Both the position numbers and the translations under genes were made by a program. Positions 37,790 to 50,346 of a DNA stretch of 64,000 nt are shown piece after piece (the first letter of the stretch is position 1; each line of letters starts with the position of its first letter). The stretch is from Mobula hypostoma. Its lineage: Eukaryota. The stretch lies in NCBI RefSeq assembly GCF_963921235.1, contig NC_086097.1, positions 69,752,001 to 69,816,000 on the forward strand. Direction: 5' to 3'. The notes beneath the pieces were generated by a model that was not told the DNA's origin, did no database searches, and saw nothing but the letters and a program-made list of their open reading frames with translations.

Positions 37790-40500
37790 AGAACATAGAA
37801 CAGTACAGCATTGTACAGGATCTTCAGCCCATGATGTTGTATCAACCTTTTAATTTACTCCAGGATCAATCTAACTTTTCTACATTTTTCTTTCCTAACT
37901 GTGCGCATCTACGAGTGCCTTAAATGGCCCTGATGTATCTGCCTCTACCATACAAGGCAGTGTGTTCCAGCCACCTCCCACTCTGTATTTAAAAAAACCT
38001 TACCTCTGGAATCCCCCTTTTGCTTTTCTCCAAACACCTTAAAGTTATGTCCCCTCATATTAACCATTTCTGCCTGGGGAAAATGTCTCCGAGTGCCCAC
38101 TCTTTCCCTGTCTCTTATCGTCTTGTGCATCTCTATCAAGTCACCTCTCATCCTCCTTCAATCCAAAGAGAAAATCTCTGGTTCACTCAACTACCCTCAT
38201 AAGACATGCACTCTAATCCAGGCAGCATCCTAGTAAATTTCTTCTACTCCCGCTCGAAAGTTTCCACATTCTTTCTATAATAAGGCAACCAGAACTGAAC
38301 ACAATACTCCAAGTACGATCTAACCAGAGTTTTATGGAGCTGCAACGTTATCTCATGGTTTTTGAAGTCAATCCCTTGACAATTGAAGGCTAACACACCA
38401 TACACCTTCTTAACAACTCTCAACTTGCACTGCAACTTTAAGGGACCTATGGATGTGAACCCCAAATCACACTGTTCCTCCACACTGCTAAAAATCCTGC
38501 CATTAAACCCTGTATTCTGCCTTCAGGTTCAATCTTCAAAGGGAACTACTTCACACTTTTCTGGATTGAACTCCATTGCCATTTCTCAGTTCAGCTCTGC
38601 ATCCTAACAGTGTTTCTTTGTACACTATCCACAACAACTTTATACACTATCCAGAAACACCATTAATTTTGTCTTCTGAATATGTACTAACCCAGCCTCC
38701 ACTTCCTCATCCAAGTTGCGTATAAAATCACAAAGAGTAGGGGTCCCAGAGCATATTCCTGCAGAAACCACTGGTCACTGACCTCTAGGCAGAATGTGTT
38801 CCATCTGCTACCACCAATTCTGAATCCAAACAGGCAATTTTCCCTGGATGCAATGCTTCTGACTTTCTGAAGGAGTCTTATTAAAATCCATATACCCAAC
38901 ATTCACTGCTCTGCCTTCTTCGATGTGCTTTGACACATCCTCAAAGAATTCAATCAAGCTCGCAAGGCACAACCTGTCCCCCTCACTTTGACTCTCCCAA
39001 ATCATGCTTCTCCAAATATTTGTAAATCCGTACACTCAGAATACTTTCAAATAGTTTACCCAATTAAGTAAGCCTCACTGATCTGTAATTCCCAGGGCTA
39101 TCCCTATTACTTTTCTTGAACAGAGGATTAACATTTGCCACCCTTCAATCCTCTGGCATTACAGCATTGTCCAATGAGGACATAAAAAACATTGCCAAAG
39201 GCACAGCAGTCTCTTTCCTCACTTCCCGTAGTAACCTGGGGTATATCCTGCCTGATCCCGGAGTTTTGTATATCATAATATTTTTCAAAAGTTCCAGCAC
39301 ATCCTCTGTCTTAACGTCAGCATGTTCTAGCATATCAGCGTGTTTTATGCTGTCCTCACGGACATCAACATCCCTCTCAATGGCGAATACTGAAGCAAAC
39401 TATTTATTACAGGCCTCCCATACCTTCTCTGACTCAAGGCACACGATCGATCCTATGATCCCTCTAATCATCCTCTTGTTCTTCACATGTGGAACACCTT
39501 AGAATGTTCCTTAATCCTTCTAGCCAAGGTTTAATCATGTCCCTTTCTAGCTCTCCTTAGTCTATTTGTAATCTCCATTCTGGCTCTCAAAAGTCTTGTC
39601 TGATCCTTGCTTTCTAAACCTTAAGTATGCTTCTCTCTTCTTCTTGACTGGATGTTCCACATCTCATGGTTCCTTCACTCTACCATCCTTTCCCTGCCTC
39701 AGTAGTACAAAATGTATCCAGAAACCCATTCAAATACTCACTAAACAACTTCCACATTTCCATTGTGCATTTCCCTGAGTATATCCGTTCCCAGTTTATG
39801 CTCCCAAGTTGCTGCCTAATAGCATCATAATTCACCTTCACCCAACTAAATACTTTTCCATACCGCCGCCTCCTGTCCAATCCAAGGCTATGCTAAAGGC
39901 CAGGAAGTTGTGGGCACTGTTTCCGAAATGCTCACCCACTGAGAGATCTGTCACCTGTCCAGTCATTACCTAATATTAGATCCAGTATGCCCTCTCCTCT
40001 TGTCAGCCTGTCTATATACTGTGTCAAGTATCCTTCCTGGACACACCTAACAAATCCACCCGATTTCAACCTTTTGCACAAAGGAAAGTCAATAATTGAG
40101 AAGCTGAAGTCATCTTTGACAAACAACCCTTTTGTTTTTGCACCTTACCAAAATCTGCCTCCCAACTGCACCTCAGTGTCTCTTTTTCTATTGAGGGGTG
40201 TTTAGAATACTCCCAAAAGAGTGATTGTTCCCTTCCTGTGTGTGACTTCCAACCACACTGATACAGTCGACAATTCCTCCACAACATCTTTTCTGTCACA
40301 GTGATTTCCCTTATTAGCAATGCCACCCTCCCCTCCTCTTTCATCTCCTGCTCTGTCTTTTGAAATATCTAAACGCCAGAACATCCTACAGCCAGTCCTG
40401 CCCTTGAAGCAGTCAAGTCTCTTGTCATGGCCACAACTTTGTAGTTCCATGTTCTGACCAGTGTTCTAAATTCACCGACTTTGTTCCTGATACTGCTCAT
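37790..40500 (-). mobile_element. CR1 LINE, decayed ORF2 (endonuclease and RT) and 3' UTR
   Basis: ORF fragments EG.LDLILGN, KTPGSGRIYPRLLRE, L.EFFEDV.K.IEEGRAV.V.YMDF.K and KTLVRSYLEYCVQFW. Confidence 0.9.
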
Positions 40501-40918
40501 GGCACATCAGAACAGTAAAGATTATTTTGTTTGGAATTGTATTTTACTTAATATTTAACATTTTGCATTGAAATACTATATGATTACACTGCAATGTTTT
40601 TTTTTGAAGTGTCAAAACAAGTAGTTAATAGGGAGATAATATAACAAGAGTAACTAGTTACAGTGTTTGGTCACTTTGTTGTTTTGAAGTTTTGGTCCTC
40701 GAATAGTTCTTAGATTCTCCATCCTTACATGAAATTTTCTGTGATATGTTTCTTTGAGGTCTTCCAAGGTGTTTTGAAAATTAACTTTCTAATTAGTAAA
40801 ACTATCAATGCCATATGTTAAACCCTTAAAATGGTATCAGCTAGCACTTTAAATTGCAGAGCATGTTTTTGGCTAGGACAGTAATGATTTTAAAAGGATC
40901 AATATTTGGAATTTCTAG

Positions 40919-41054
40919 ATTGGTAATGAAGGGCTAGCCACTGATTTGCCTGATGACACTGAAGAGGCTTTGAAAGAGTTTGATTTCTTAGTATCAGCTG
41001 AAGATGGTGAAGGAGCTGGGGAAGCTCGAAGCTCTGGTGATGGAACAGAATGGG
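40919..41054 (+). CDS. STRN3: Striatin-3 exon 7 equivalent, 136 nt
   Basis: tttctag acceptor; IGNEGLATDLPDDTEEALKEFDFLVSAEDGEGAGEARSSGDGTEW; donor G|GTAAGG. Confidence 0.97.
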
Positions 41055-41719
41055 GTAAGGAAATCTATAAAGTTGCTAACTAATAGCATATGCCTGGCCA
41101 TTGCATTGTGTGTGATATTGTATTTATTAATGTTCATCTAAGTTCCATTTAGCCTTCTGACAATGTTACCAATAGTTTTATAAAATTAGATCTTCAGAAT
41201 TGATTGAGTGTAATGTGACATGATTGAGTTTTTTGCTGTGTCACAGAAAGATAAAAAGTTCTAGAGTTTTTCTTTACATCTCAGCTTCATTAAAGTCAGA
41301 AGAAATTGTGCTTGTATTGAAGCAATCAGAGGGTTTAACATTTGTACTCCAGCATTAATATTTTTATGCAAATAATCATCAGTTTCATGAAAAGTTTCCC
41401 TTTTTCATAAGATTCAGCTTCACTTCCTGTTTCTTGAGTAATGATGCAGCTTGTACAATGTGTATCATCACCTGTGTGTACACAATCTGGGCAAGATTAT
41501 GGCTTGGGTTGATAGTGGCCTGTGATGACCATCTCCAAGTAGAGAGAACCTGATATGACATTCATTGCTGCTACTGTCTTATGATTCCCAACATGATTTG
41601 GGAGGAGGTTTAATCATTGTTAGGTGGGATGAGCTATATAACTGTTGTAACTAGAGCAAATTAGAGTCTAGAACAATTGGATCACTTTCTAAACTTACAA
41701 CATCTACAAGGCATCACCA

Positions 41720-44700
41720 TAATACAGCATGGAAGCAGGCTGTTTGCACCAAGTGGTCCATGCTAACCACAGCATCCTCTCTAGCAGGCCCCAGTTGCCA
41801 ATGTTCAGCCCATAACTCTCAAAGCATCCTGCCACCTTCCCCTCTTCTCCCCAAGTACCTTTCTAGATGTATTTTTATAATTGTACCTGCCTCAACCATT
41901 TCCTCTACTGTCATTTCAGGTACTCAGTACCTTCTATGTAAAGAAGTTACTTCTCAGGTCTCTTAAAACTCTCTCCTCTTGTGCCCTATAGTTTTGACTC
42001 CCTAACCCTGAGGAAAGACAATGAATATTCAGCTCATTCATAATCTTCATAATATTATAAACTTCTGTGAGATCACCCCTCGTTCTTCTGTGTTCCAGGG
42101 AATAAAAATCTCGCGTGGCCAATCTCTCTCTCTAAATCAGGCTCTGTAGTCCGTATGGCATTCTCGAAAATCTCTTCTGCACTCTTTCCACTTGACAACA
42201 TCTTTCTTATAACAGTGTGACCAAAATTGTACACAAAACTTCAGTATAACCTCACCTTCAACTTGTTTAACTGTAATATAATGTCCTTGCTCCTAAACTC
42301 AATCTCCTGACTGGAGAAGGCCAGCATTCTAAATGCCTTTTTCACCACCCTGTCAACTTGCGCAGCCTCTTTCGGTAAGCTGTGTGCTTGTACTCCCAGG
42401 TCCCTCTGTTCCACAATACTCGTCAGTACCCTGCCGTTCACTGTATAAGTCTTACTCTGGTTTGTATGTCCAAAATGCATCATCTCTTAATTATCGGAGT
42501 TGAAATCCATTTGCAATTCCTCAGTCCATCTCTGTAACTGAACAAAATTGCTTTGGAATTCATTGTAATCTGCTTCATTATCAACAAGAACCCCTAATTT
42601 GGTATCATCAGCAAACTTGCTAATCATGCCATGTACATTCACATCCAAATCATTTACTTAAATAATGATTAACAGAGGTCCCAACACTGACCCCTGAGGC
42701 ACCCCATGAGTCACAAGTCTTCAGATGGAGAATTGAACTTTAACCATCACTCTCTGCTTCCTCTCAACAAGCCAATTCTGAAGCTACTTTACTAGCTCCC
42801 CTTGAATCCAAGCAACCTAACCTTCCAAATCAGCTTGTCATGCAGGACATTGACGAAGGCGTCACTAAAGTCCAAGTAGACAATATCCTCTGCCCTACCT
42901 TTAACTTCAGTTGCAAGAGAAAGTTTGTGAACCCTTTGCAATTACCTGGTTTTCTGTATTAATTACTCATAAAATGTAGTTTGATCTTCATCTAAGCCAC
43001 AATAACAGACAAACAATCTGCCTAAACTAATAAAGCACAAACAATTGTACTACTTCTCGTCAATACTGAATGTACCATTTAGGCAATCACAGTGCAAGTT
43101 CCAAAAGGTATGTGAACCTCTGGGATAATGCCTTCCACAAAAGCTATTTGGAGTCAGGTGTTCCAATTAATGAGATGAGATTAGAGGTGTGGGTTGTAGA
43201 GGTGCCCTGCTCGACAAAAAAGACAAAGTCAGGTTACTGACAGAGCCTCCTCTTCTCAAGAAAGATCTGTTTATGTGCACCGTGCCTCAATTAAGACCAG
43301 AAGAATTATAGAGATGCATAAAGCTGGAAAAGGCTGCAGAAGATTTTCTAAAGATCTGAGTGTTCATTAGTCCACATTAAGAGAAACTGTCTACAAATGG
43401 AGGAAATTCAGTCCTGTTGCTACTCTCCTTAGGAGTGGGCCTCCTGCAAGAGTACAATGTGCAATGCTGAAGGAGGTGAAAAAGAACCCAAGGGTAACAG
43501 CAAAAAACCTGCAGAAATCTCTAGAACTTTTAAAGTCTCTGTTCATGTATCCACTATAAGAACACAGAACAAGAATGGTGTTCAAGGGAGGAAACCAATA
43601 CTCTCCAAAAAAAAAACACATTGCTGCATGTCTTAAGTTTGCAAAAGACCACCTGGATGTTCCACAATGCTTCTGGGACAGTGTTCTGTGGGCAGATGAG
43701 ACAAAAGTTGAACTTTTTGGCAGAAATGCACGCTGCTTCTGTTTGGAGGGAAAAGGGCACAGCACGCCAACACGAAAACCTCATCCCAACTGTGAAGCAT
43801 GGTGGAAGGAACATCATGGTTTGGGGCTGATATGCTGCCTCAGGGCCTGGACAATCGTTGAGGGAGCAATGGACTCAAAATTGTATCAAGACATTTTACA
43901 GGAGAATGTCAGGGTAGCAGTACCTCACTGAAGCTTAATAGAAGTTGGATGATGCAGCAAAACAATTAACTGAAACACAAGAGTAAATCAGTAATATTCA
44001 GACTCCAGACCTTAACCCAATTGGGATGCTGTGGCGTGATCTGAAGAGGACTGTTCTTGTAAGGTATCCCAGAAATATTGATGAATTGAAACAGTTTTGT
44101 GTGAAGAAATGGTCTAAAATTCCTCTTTGCCGTTGTGCAAGTGATTCACCATTACAGGAAATGTTTGGTGGAGGTTATTGCTGCTAGATGAGTTGTTAAA
44201 TACAAGGGTTTGCTTACTTGAACTGTGAATGATTAAACAGTGTGTTCAATAAAGGCATGAAAAGTACACTTGTATGTGGATTAGTTTAGGCTAATTGTAT
44301 TTCTGTATTATTGTGACTTAGATGAAGATTGGACCATATTTTATGAGTAATTAATGCAGAAAATCAGGTAATTGCAAAGAGTTCACAAACTTTTTCTTGC
44401 ATCTTTTTAGTTATCTCTTTGAAAAATTCCAAAAGGCCCGTCAGACATGAACTCCCACAAAACCATGCTGATTATTCTGATCAGGCCTTGACTATCCAAG
44501 TAGCTCACAAAATGCTGGAGATTTGACTATCCAAGTGCTGATAGATTTTGTCTCTCAGAATTCCCTCCAGTGACTTCTTTCAACTGAAGTCAGACTCAAA
44601 TGTCCTGTACATTCCTGGCCTGTCCTGTCTACCCTTCTTGAACAATGGAACAACAATTGCTAGCCTTCATTTCTTTTCCAATGGCTAATGACAAAGCAAA

Positions 44701-45800
44701 TGTCTTTTTCAAAGGCTTCAATAATTTCTTCCTTGGCCTCCCATAAGGTCTGGAAGTGTGCATGGTAAACTTGAGGATTTGCCTAACTTAATGTGCTTCA
44801 AAACTGTAGAGTATCTCCTTCCTTGCGATATGTATATGATACAAGACTTCACTTATTACCTTAGTTTCTATGGTATCTATGATATTCTCCTTGGTATACA
44901 CTGAAGGTAAGTAGACATTAAACATCTCAACCATCAATGTGTGCTGCTGACAGATATGGTCTGGTGATATTTTAAAGGATCTACCATAGTATCTGCCTCG
45001 TCACCCTTTTACTGATAATATAACTGAAGATCCTCCTCCCCCCACCTTTTTAACCTGGAACCTTTCCCACTTAGCTTGCTTCAACTATCACCTTCAAGTT
45101 AGTCCTCCTTTCCGGTACTAAATAACCGTCTCAGCCCAAGGCGTCAGCTGTGAGCACCTGCAGAATCTCTTGTGTTTAACTTTAACCCTCCCTGCCAAGT
45201 CCCAGCTAATGGCTTCTGGACTCTTGATATGACCCACTTACAAGCCTTCCACTTGCTATATATTCCTTTGCTTTTAAATAATCACCTGGTCAACCCAGTT
45301 AAATCCCACCTTAATGTCCTCAAAATTAGCCTTGTTCCAGTTCAGGTCTTTAACCTATGGAGTTGTTCTTCTTCCATAACTATTTGAAAACTCATCGAAT
45401 TGTGGTCACTGGGCCCAAAGTGCTCTCCAACTGCTATTTCAGTTACTTGGTCCACCTCATTCCCTTAGAAGAGGTCCAGTATTGCACCTTCCCAAGTAGG
45501 TTCCTCTATATATTACTTAAAGGAAATTATTGGACCCACTGAACATATTCTGCCCCACCCAATCCATTTATATTCTGAGTGGCCTTGTCTATGTCATGAA
45601 AATTGAAATCTCCTACAGGCATTAGCCTATTATTCTCAGAACTATGTGCATTCCTTCAACTCATCTGCTCCTCAAGCTCCTTTTGACTATTGGCTGGTGG
45701 GGGTGGGGGACAGGTCTGTAATACAGCACTACAAAGCTAACCATCCCTTTCTTACTTTTAAGATCAACCCACATGGCATTGTTAGATGATTCCCCAAGAA
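41720..45800 (-). mobile_element. Older CR1 LINE interrupted by Tc1 and Penelope insertions
   Basis: ORFs HFG.TN..KTYTVNG..EQRDLGVQ and RGDLTEVY.IM; continues on both sides of the Tc1 at 42908-44405. Confidence 0.8.
42908..44405 (+). mobile_element. Tc1-like DNA transposon with long terminal inverted repeats and a broken transposase
   Basis: Left CAGTTGCAAGAGAAAGTTTGTGAACCC mirrors right GAGTTCACAAACTTTTTCTTGC; motifs VLWADETKVELFG, TVKHGG.NIMVWG and PDLNPI..LW. Confidence 0.92.
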
Positions 45801-47090
45801 GAAAGCAAATTATAGGCTAGTGGTTTGGAAGATTTTGGACTCGATTGTGAAGCATGAGGTCTCTGGGTACTTGGAGGCTCTTGATAAAATAAGTCAAAAT
45901 CAGCTTGATTTACTTGAGGGAAGATCTTGTCTGACAAATATGTTGGAATTCTTTGAAGAAATAACAAACAGGATAGACAAAGGAGAATCAGTGGATATTG
46001 TGCACTTGGATTTTCAGAAGGCTTTTGACAAGGTGCTGCACATGAAGCTGTTTAACAAGATAAAAGGAACTAGCATGGATAGAGGATTGGCTGATTGGCA
46101 GGAGATAAAGAGTGAAAATAAAGGGAGCCTTTCTCATTGGTGACGAGTGGTATTCTGCAGGGGTCAGTGTTGAGACCACTTGCATCTTTTTATGTTAATG
46201 TCAGTGATTTGGATGACATAATTGATGGCTTTGTGGCCAGGTTTGCAGATGATATGAAGGTAAGTGGAGGGGTAGGTCGTGTTGAGGAAGCAGGGAAACT
46301 GCAGAGGGACTGAGCCAGATTAGGAGAATGGACAAAGAAGTGGCAGATGGAATATGTCAGGAAGTTACAGTCATGCACTTTGGTAGAAGGAACAAAAGTG
46401 TAGACTATTTTCTAAGCAGGTAGAAAATTCAAAAATTTGAGGTGCAAAGGGACTTGAGAGCCCTCGTGCAGGATTCCCTAAAGGTTAACTTGCATGTTGA
46501 GTTGGTGATAGGGTAAGGAGATACAGCATGAGCATTAATTTTGAGAGGACTAGTTTATAAAAGCAAGGATGTAATGCTGAGGTTTTATAAGGCACTAGTA
46601 AGGTCTCACTTGGAGTGGTGTGAGTAATTTTGGGTCCTTATCGAAGAAAGGATGTGCTGACATTGGAGAGGCTTCAGAGGAGGTTCACAAGAATGATTCC
46701 AGGAATGAAAGGGTTATTGTATGAGAAGTGTTTGATGGCTTCAGGTCTGTACTCCCTGGAATTTAGAAGAATTGGGGGGGGGAATCTCATTAAAACCTAT
46801 CGAATGTTGAGAGGCCTAGATAGGGTAGATATGAAGAGGATGCTTCTTATGGTGGGGGAGTCTAGGACGAGAGGGCACACCTTTGGGATAGAGGGATGTC
46901 CATCTTGAATGGATATGAGGTAGAATTTCTTTAGCGAGAGAGTGGTGAATCCAGAATTCATTGCCATAAGCTTGAGGAGTCCATATCATTGGATGTACTT
47001 AAGGTAGAGATTGATAGGTTCTTGATTAGTCAGGGCATGAGAGGTTCGGGGTAGATGGCAGGCGAATGGGGTGAGAGGGAAAATGGTTTA
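45800..47090 (+). mobile_element. CR1 LINE, 5'-truncated
   Basis: GRSCLTNMLEFFEE..VDIV.LDFQKAFDKV and LERLQRRFTRMIPGMKGL. Confidence 0.9.
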
Positions 47091-47204
47091 ACAGTCACAC
47101 CTTTCTTACCTTCATCTTACTTATTTATGAAAATTACAAATTGTTGAGCCCTTACATCTCCGTGGCATACCACTCATTATATCTAGGCTGCAAGAGAAAG
47201 ATAC

Positions 47205-47425
47205 AAAATACATAAAATGCTGGAGGAGCTCAGCTGTTCCAGCAGCATTTATTGAAAGGAATAAAGAGGCAACATTTCAGGCCAAAACTGGCTCAGTCCA
47301 GGTGAAGAGTCTTGGCCTGAAACGTCAACTCATTATTTCTTTCCATAGATGCTGCCTGACCTGCAGAGTTCCTCCAGCATTTCGTGTGTGTTGCTCTGGA
47401 TTTCCAGCATCTGCAGAATCTGTTG
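47205..47425. mobile_element. Penelope-like inverted terminal-repeat remnant
   Basis: aaatgctggaggagctcag pairs with gagttcctccagcattt as inverted arms; hammerhead core mutated (caggtga). Confidence 0.75.
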
Positions 47426-50235
47426 TGCCTAACTTTAATGCTGCCTGCCAAGTCCATCTCATGCCCTTTTATAAAGCCTCCTACTTGCCATTTGTTTTTA
47501 TTTTTTTAAATAATCACCTAGTCAACCCAGTTTAATATCCTCAAAATTGCCCTTGCTCCAGTTCAGGTCTTTTAACAGGTAGAACTGTTCTTTTTCCATG
47601 ACTATGTTAAAAACTAATTGTGGTCACTGCTGCCAAAGTGCTCCCCTACCGCTACTTCAGTAACCTGGTCTACCTCATTCCCTGAGAAGGGGTCCAGTAT
47701 TGTTCCTTCTCTATATTTTACTTGTGAAAACTGTTGGACTCACTGAGCAAATTATGCCCTGCCTAGACCTTTTATATTCTGGGTGGCCTTATCTAAATCA
47801 GGAAAGTTGGATATCTTGCACTGGCAATATCCTACTACTCTCACAACTATGTGCAATCTTTCAACTCATCAGCTCCTCATGCTCCCGCTGTCTATTTGGG
47901 GGTGTGGGGGGCAGGTCTGGCAGTTCTATAATATAGCCTTAGGAAAGTGACCGCCCCTTTCTTAATTTTAAGATCTACTTAAATGGCATTTCTAGGTGAT
48001 TTCCCCAAGAATATCTTCCCTAAGCACTGCTGTTATGTCCTCTCATCAGCTTATACCCTTGAATGACGTGTGAAGGCAAAGGTTTAATTGTTGATGCTGC
48101 AGTAGTACTGAGTAAGCTTAACACTGTCTATTTCAAAGCAGTTTGCTTGAGACATTTATTCACTATTCAGTACAATTGTCCTTTATATCATTGACATACT
48201 TTAGCTGCAGCATGTTTTACCTATAGAGTGCAGTTTGGGTATTCATCTTCAGCAGCTCTTTCTAAAACTGCCTTTAACACCAAGGAGAACAGATACAAGG
48301 AAGCTGAATCATGACCAAATCCTCTCCCAGGTCTCGCAAATTCCTGGCTTGGATCTGTAATGTCAGCTTTTCATCAACACTTGGTCAATGTCTGAAACTT
48401 TTGGGGATGCTTTGAACATGTGAATATTAACAGTTTAAAAGAAATTGCACAAGCCATTACCTTGAGGGTAATCCAGTGACTGTTACCTACCAATCCTGTG
48501 TCCTGAAGATTTTTTAAGGATTAGTTTGATTAATTGATCATCTGAAATGAGATGTTGTAAGTAGTGGTAAATGCAGTCTTAAGAAGGAAAATAAATAGCC
48601 AGCAGTTAGTGCTGTTTGTTTAAAGTATGTGTTAATACTGAGCCTTGACCTTGGAAGTTAATTCTGCATTTTTTCCTTTGTAACTGTATGTTGACCCACA
48701 ATTCTATAGCACATCATCTTTCTTTGAAGAGCTCTCCCAGCTATCCTGTTGTTAAAATTCACCTCCTACACAAAATTTTTTGCAACAAAGTAATCATCAT
48801 AAGTTTTTTGAGCAAAGTGTCAGCATTTGAAGTTTTCAATTGTTTAAATTTTACATAAATAATTGATTTGTATAAATAACATATAACATTCTAGGAAACC
48901 TCCAGATGCTTTTCCCATATGTATTCTATTTTATTTTCTTTAAGTTCTATCAATTGTCTAATTAATAGTAAATTAGTTTTTAGTTCTGAATTTCTCTCTT
49001 GATTAATCTACATCTGCAAATCTGTGAATTGCAGATGGTGATGAATTTGTGGTCTGTTTTAATAGTATTGATAGCCTTAAACCAAGATTTTTAGGTATCT
49101 TGCTTTTGGTTGTTTATTAGAAAGTTTCAATTTCTTTAGATGAAATAGATGTGTTCAGGGTGTTCCAGGGTCAAATAGAAATACTGAGTTCCAAGAGAAA
49201 TGTATTTTAGCCTTTTGTCCAAAAAAACTTGAAATTTCTGTCAACCTTTCTTAATTTTTAGCATTTATTCTTGTACTAGATTATTCCTCTTTTATAGTTA
49301 AATGTATGACGTTTTTTGGAACTTGACTGAATTGTGAAATCTACCTAGAGGACTATTAAAGAGACAAGAATGTAAAAATTAGGGGTAATGGTTATACAGA
49401 TAGTTAATTTAACACTGACATTCAATAGGATTGTTAACTGAGCGTCAATTCCCACTCCCCACCAAAATCATCCACTGATTTGGCAAATACTGTTTTCCTT
49501 TCATAAGACACAAAAAATACTTATATACAAAAATCCCAAGAACTCTGAATTATTTCTCTTCCATTATTTATTCTCCATTTTCTTTTCTTCTCTAGTTCTA
49601 ACATATTCTTGTTATTTGGGTTCTGAACATCTGTAATAGGCCTCGATGGTTTATCGATGTCAAGAACAGGCTTTTTATCACAAAGCAATTTTTTTGCCAT
49701 CAGTAGGCAACAGTAAAAAAATTTTTAAAAAGGAAAATATACAATTCACAGTCTATTCAAAATATCATAAATTAATTCATAATAGTGAAGCTAATCTGTG
49801 GATTATTATTTAGTAAACAGACAATCCCTAGTGTGATCAAGTGAAGGAGGGTTATTACTAATCTTGGCACATGCCTTTAAGTGAACTTCTTAACAAGGTG
49901 AAAGGAGAACTGATTTTGTATGCTGTCCAATTTATTGCTTGTCAGGGAAGGTGAGAGTAAAAATACTGACTGTAATGGTGCTTTGCTATATTGGATACAA
50001 GGGCATGGAATTGCAATAATCAAGTTCACATTGGCCATTAAGAATATCCTTTCCAAGAATAGGGCCTATAAACAAAGAGTAATTTGCTTTTAATTTTTTT
50101 TAAGCTAAAATTGTAAAAAAAAATTGTGTAATTATTCTTTGGTTATGTTTTAAACCGCTAATCCACTTGAACTAGCAGCAGTGATTGCTTGCATTCCAAT
50201 TGGCTGATTTTTTTTCAATGATGTGCTGCATGTAG

Positions 50236-50346
50236 ACAAAGATGACTTCTCACCAGCATCGGAGGTTTGGGCTGTAGACAAGGGACTAATAAGTAAACTG
50301 AAGGAACAGTACATGAAGGAGCGGAAAGGCAAGAAGGGGGTCAAGA
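50236..50346 (+). CDS. STRN3: Striatin-3 exon 8 equivalent, 111 nt, frame-preserving cassette exon
   Basis: tgcatgtag acceptor; (D)KDDFSPASEVWAVDKGLISKLKEQYMKERKGKKGVK(R); donor A|GTAAGT; phase 1-1. Confidence 0.96.

Noticed and set aside
42908..44405. Active Tc1 transposase
   Set aside because: Multiple stops, frameshifts and deletions.
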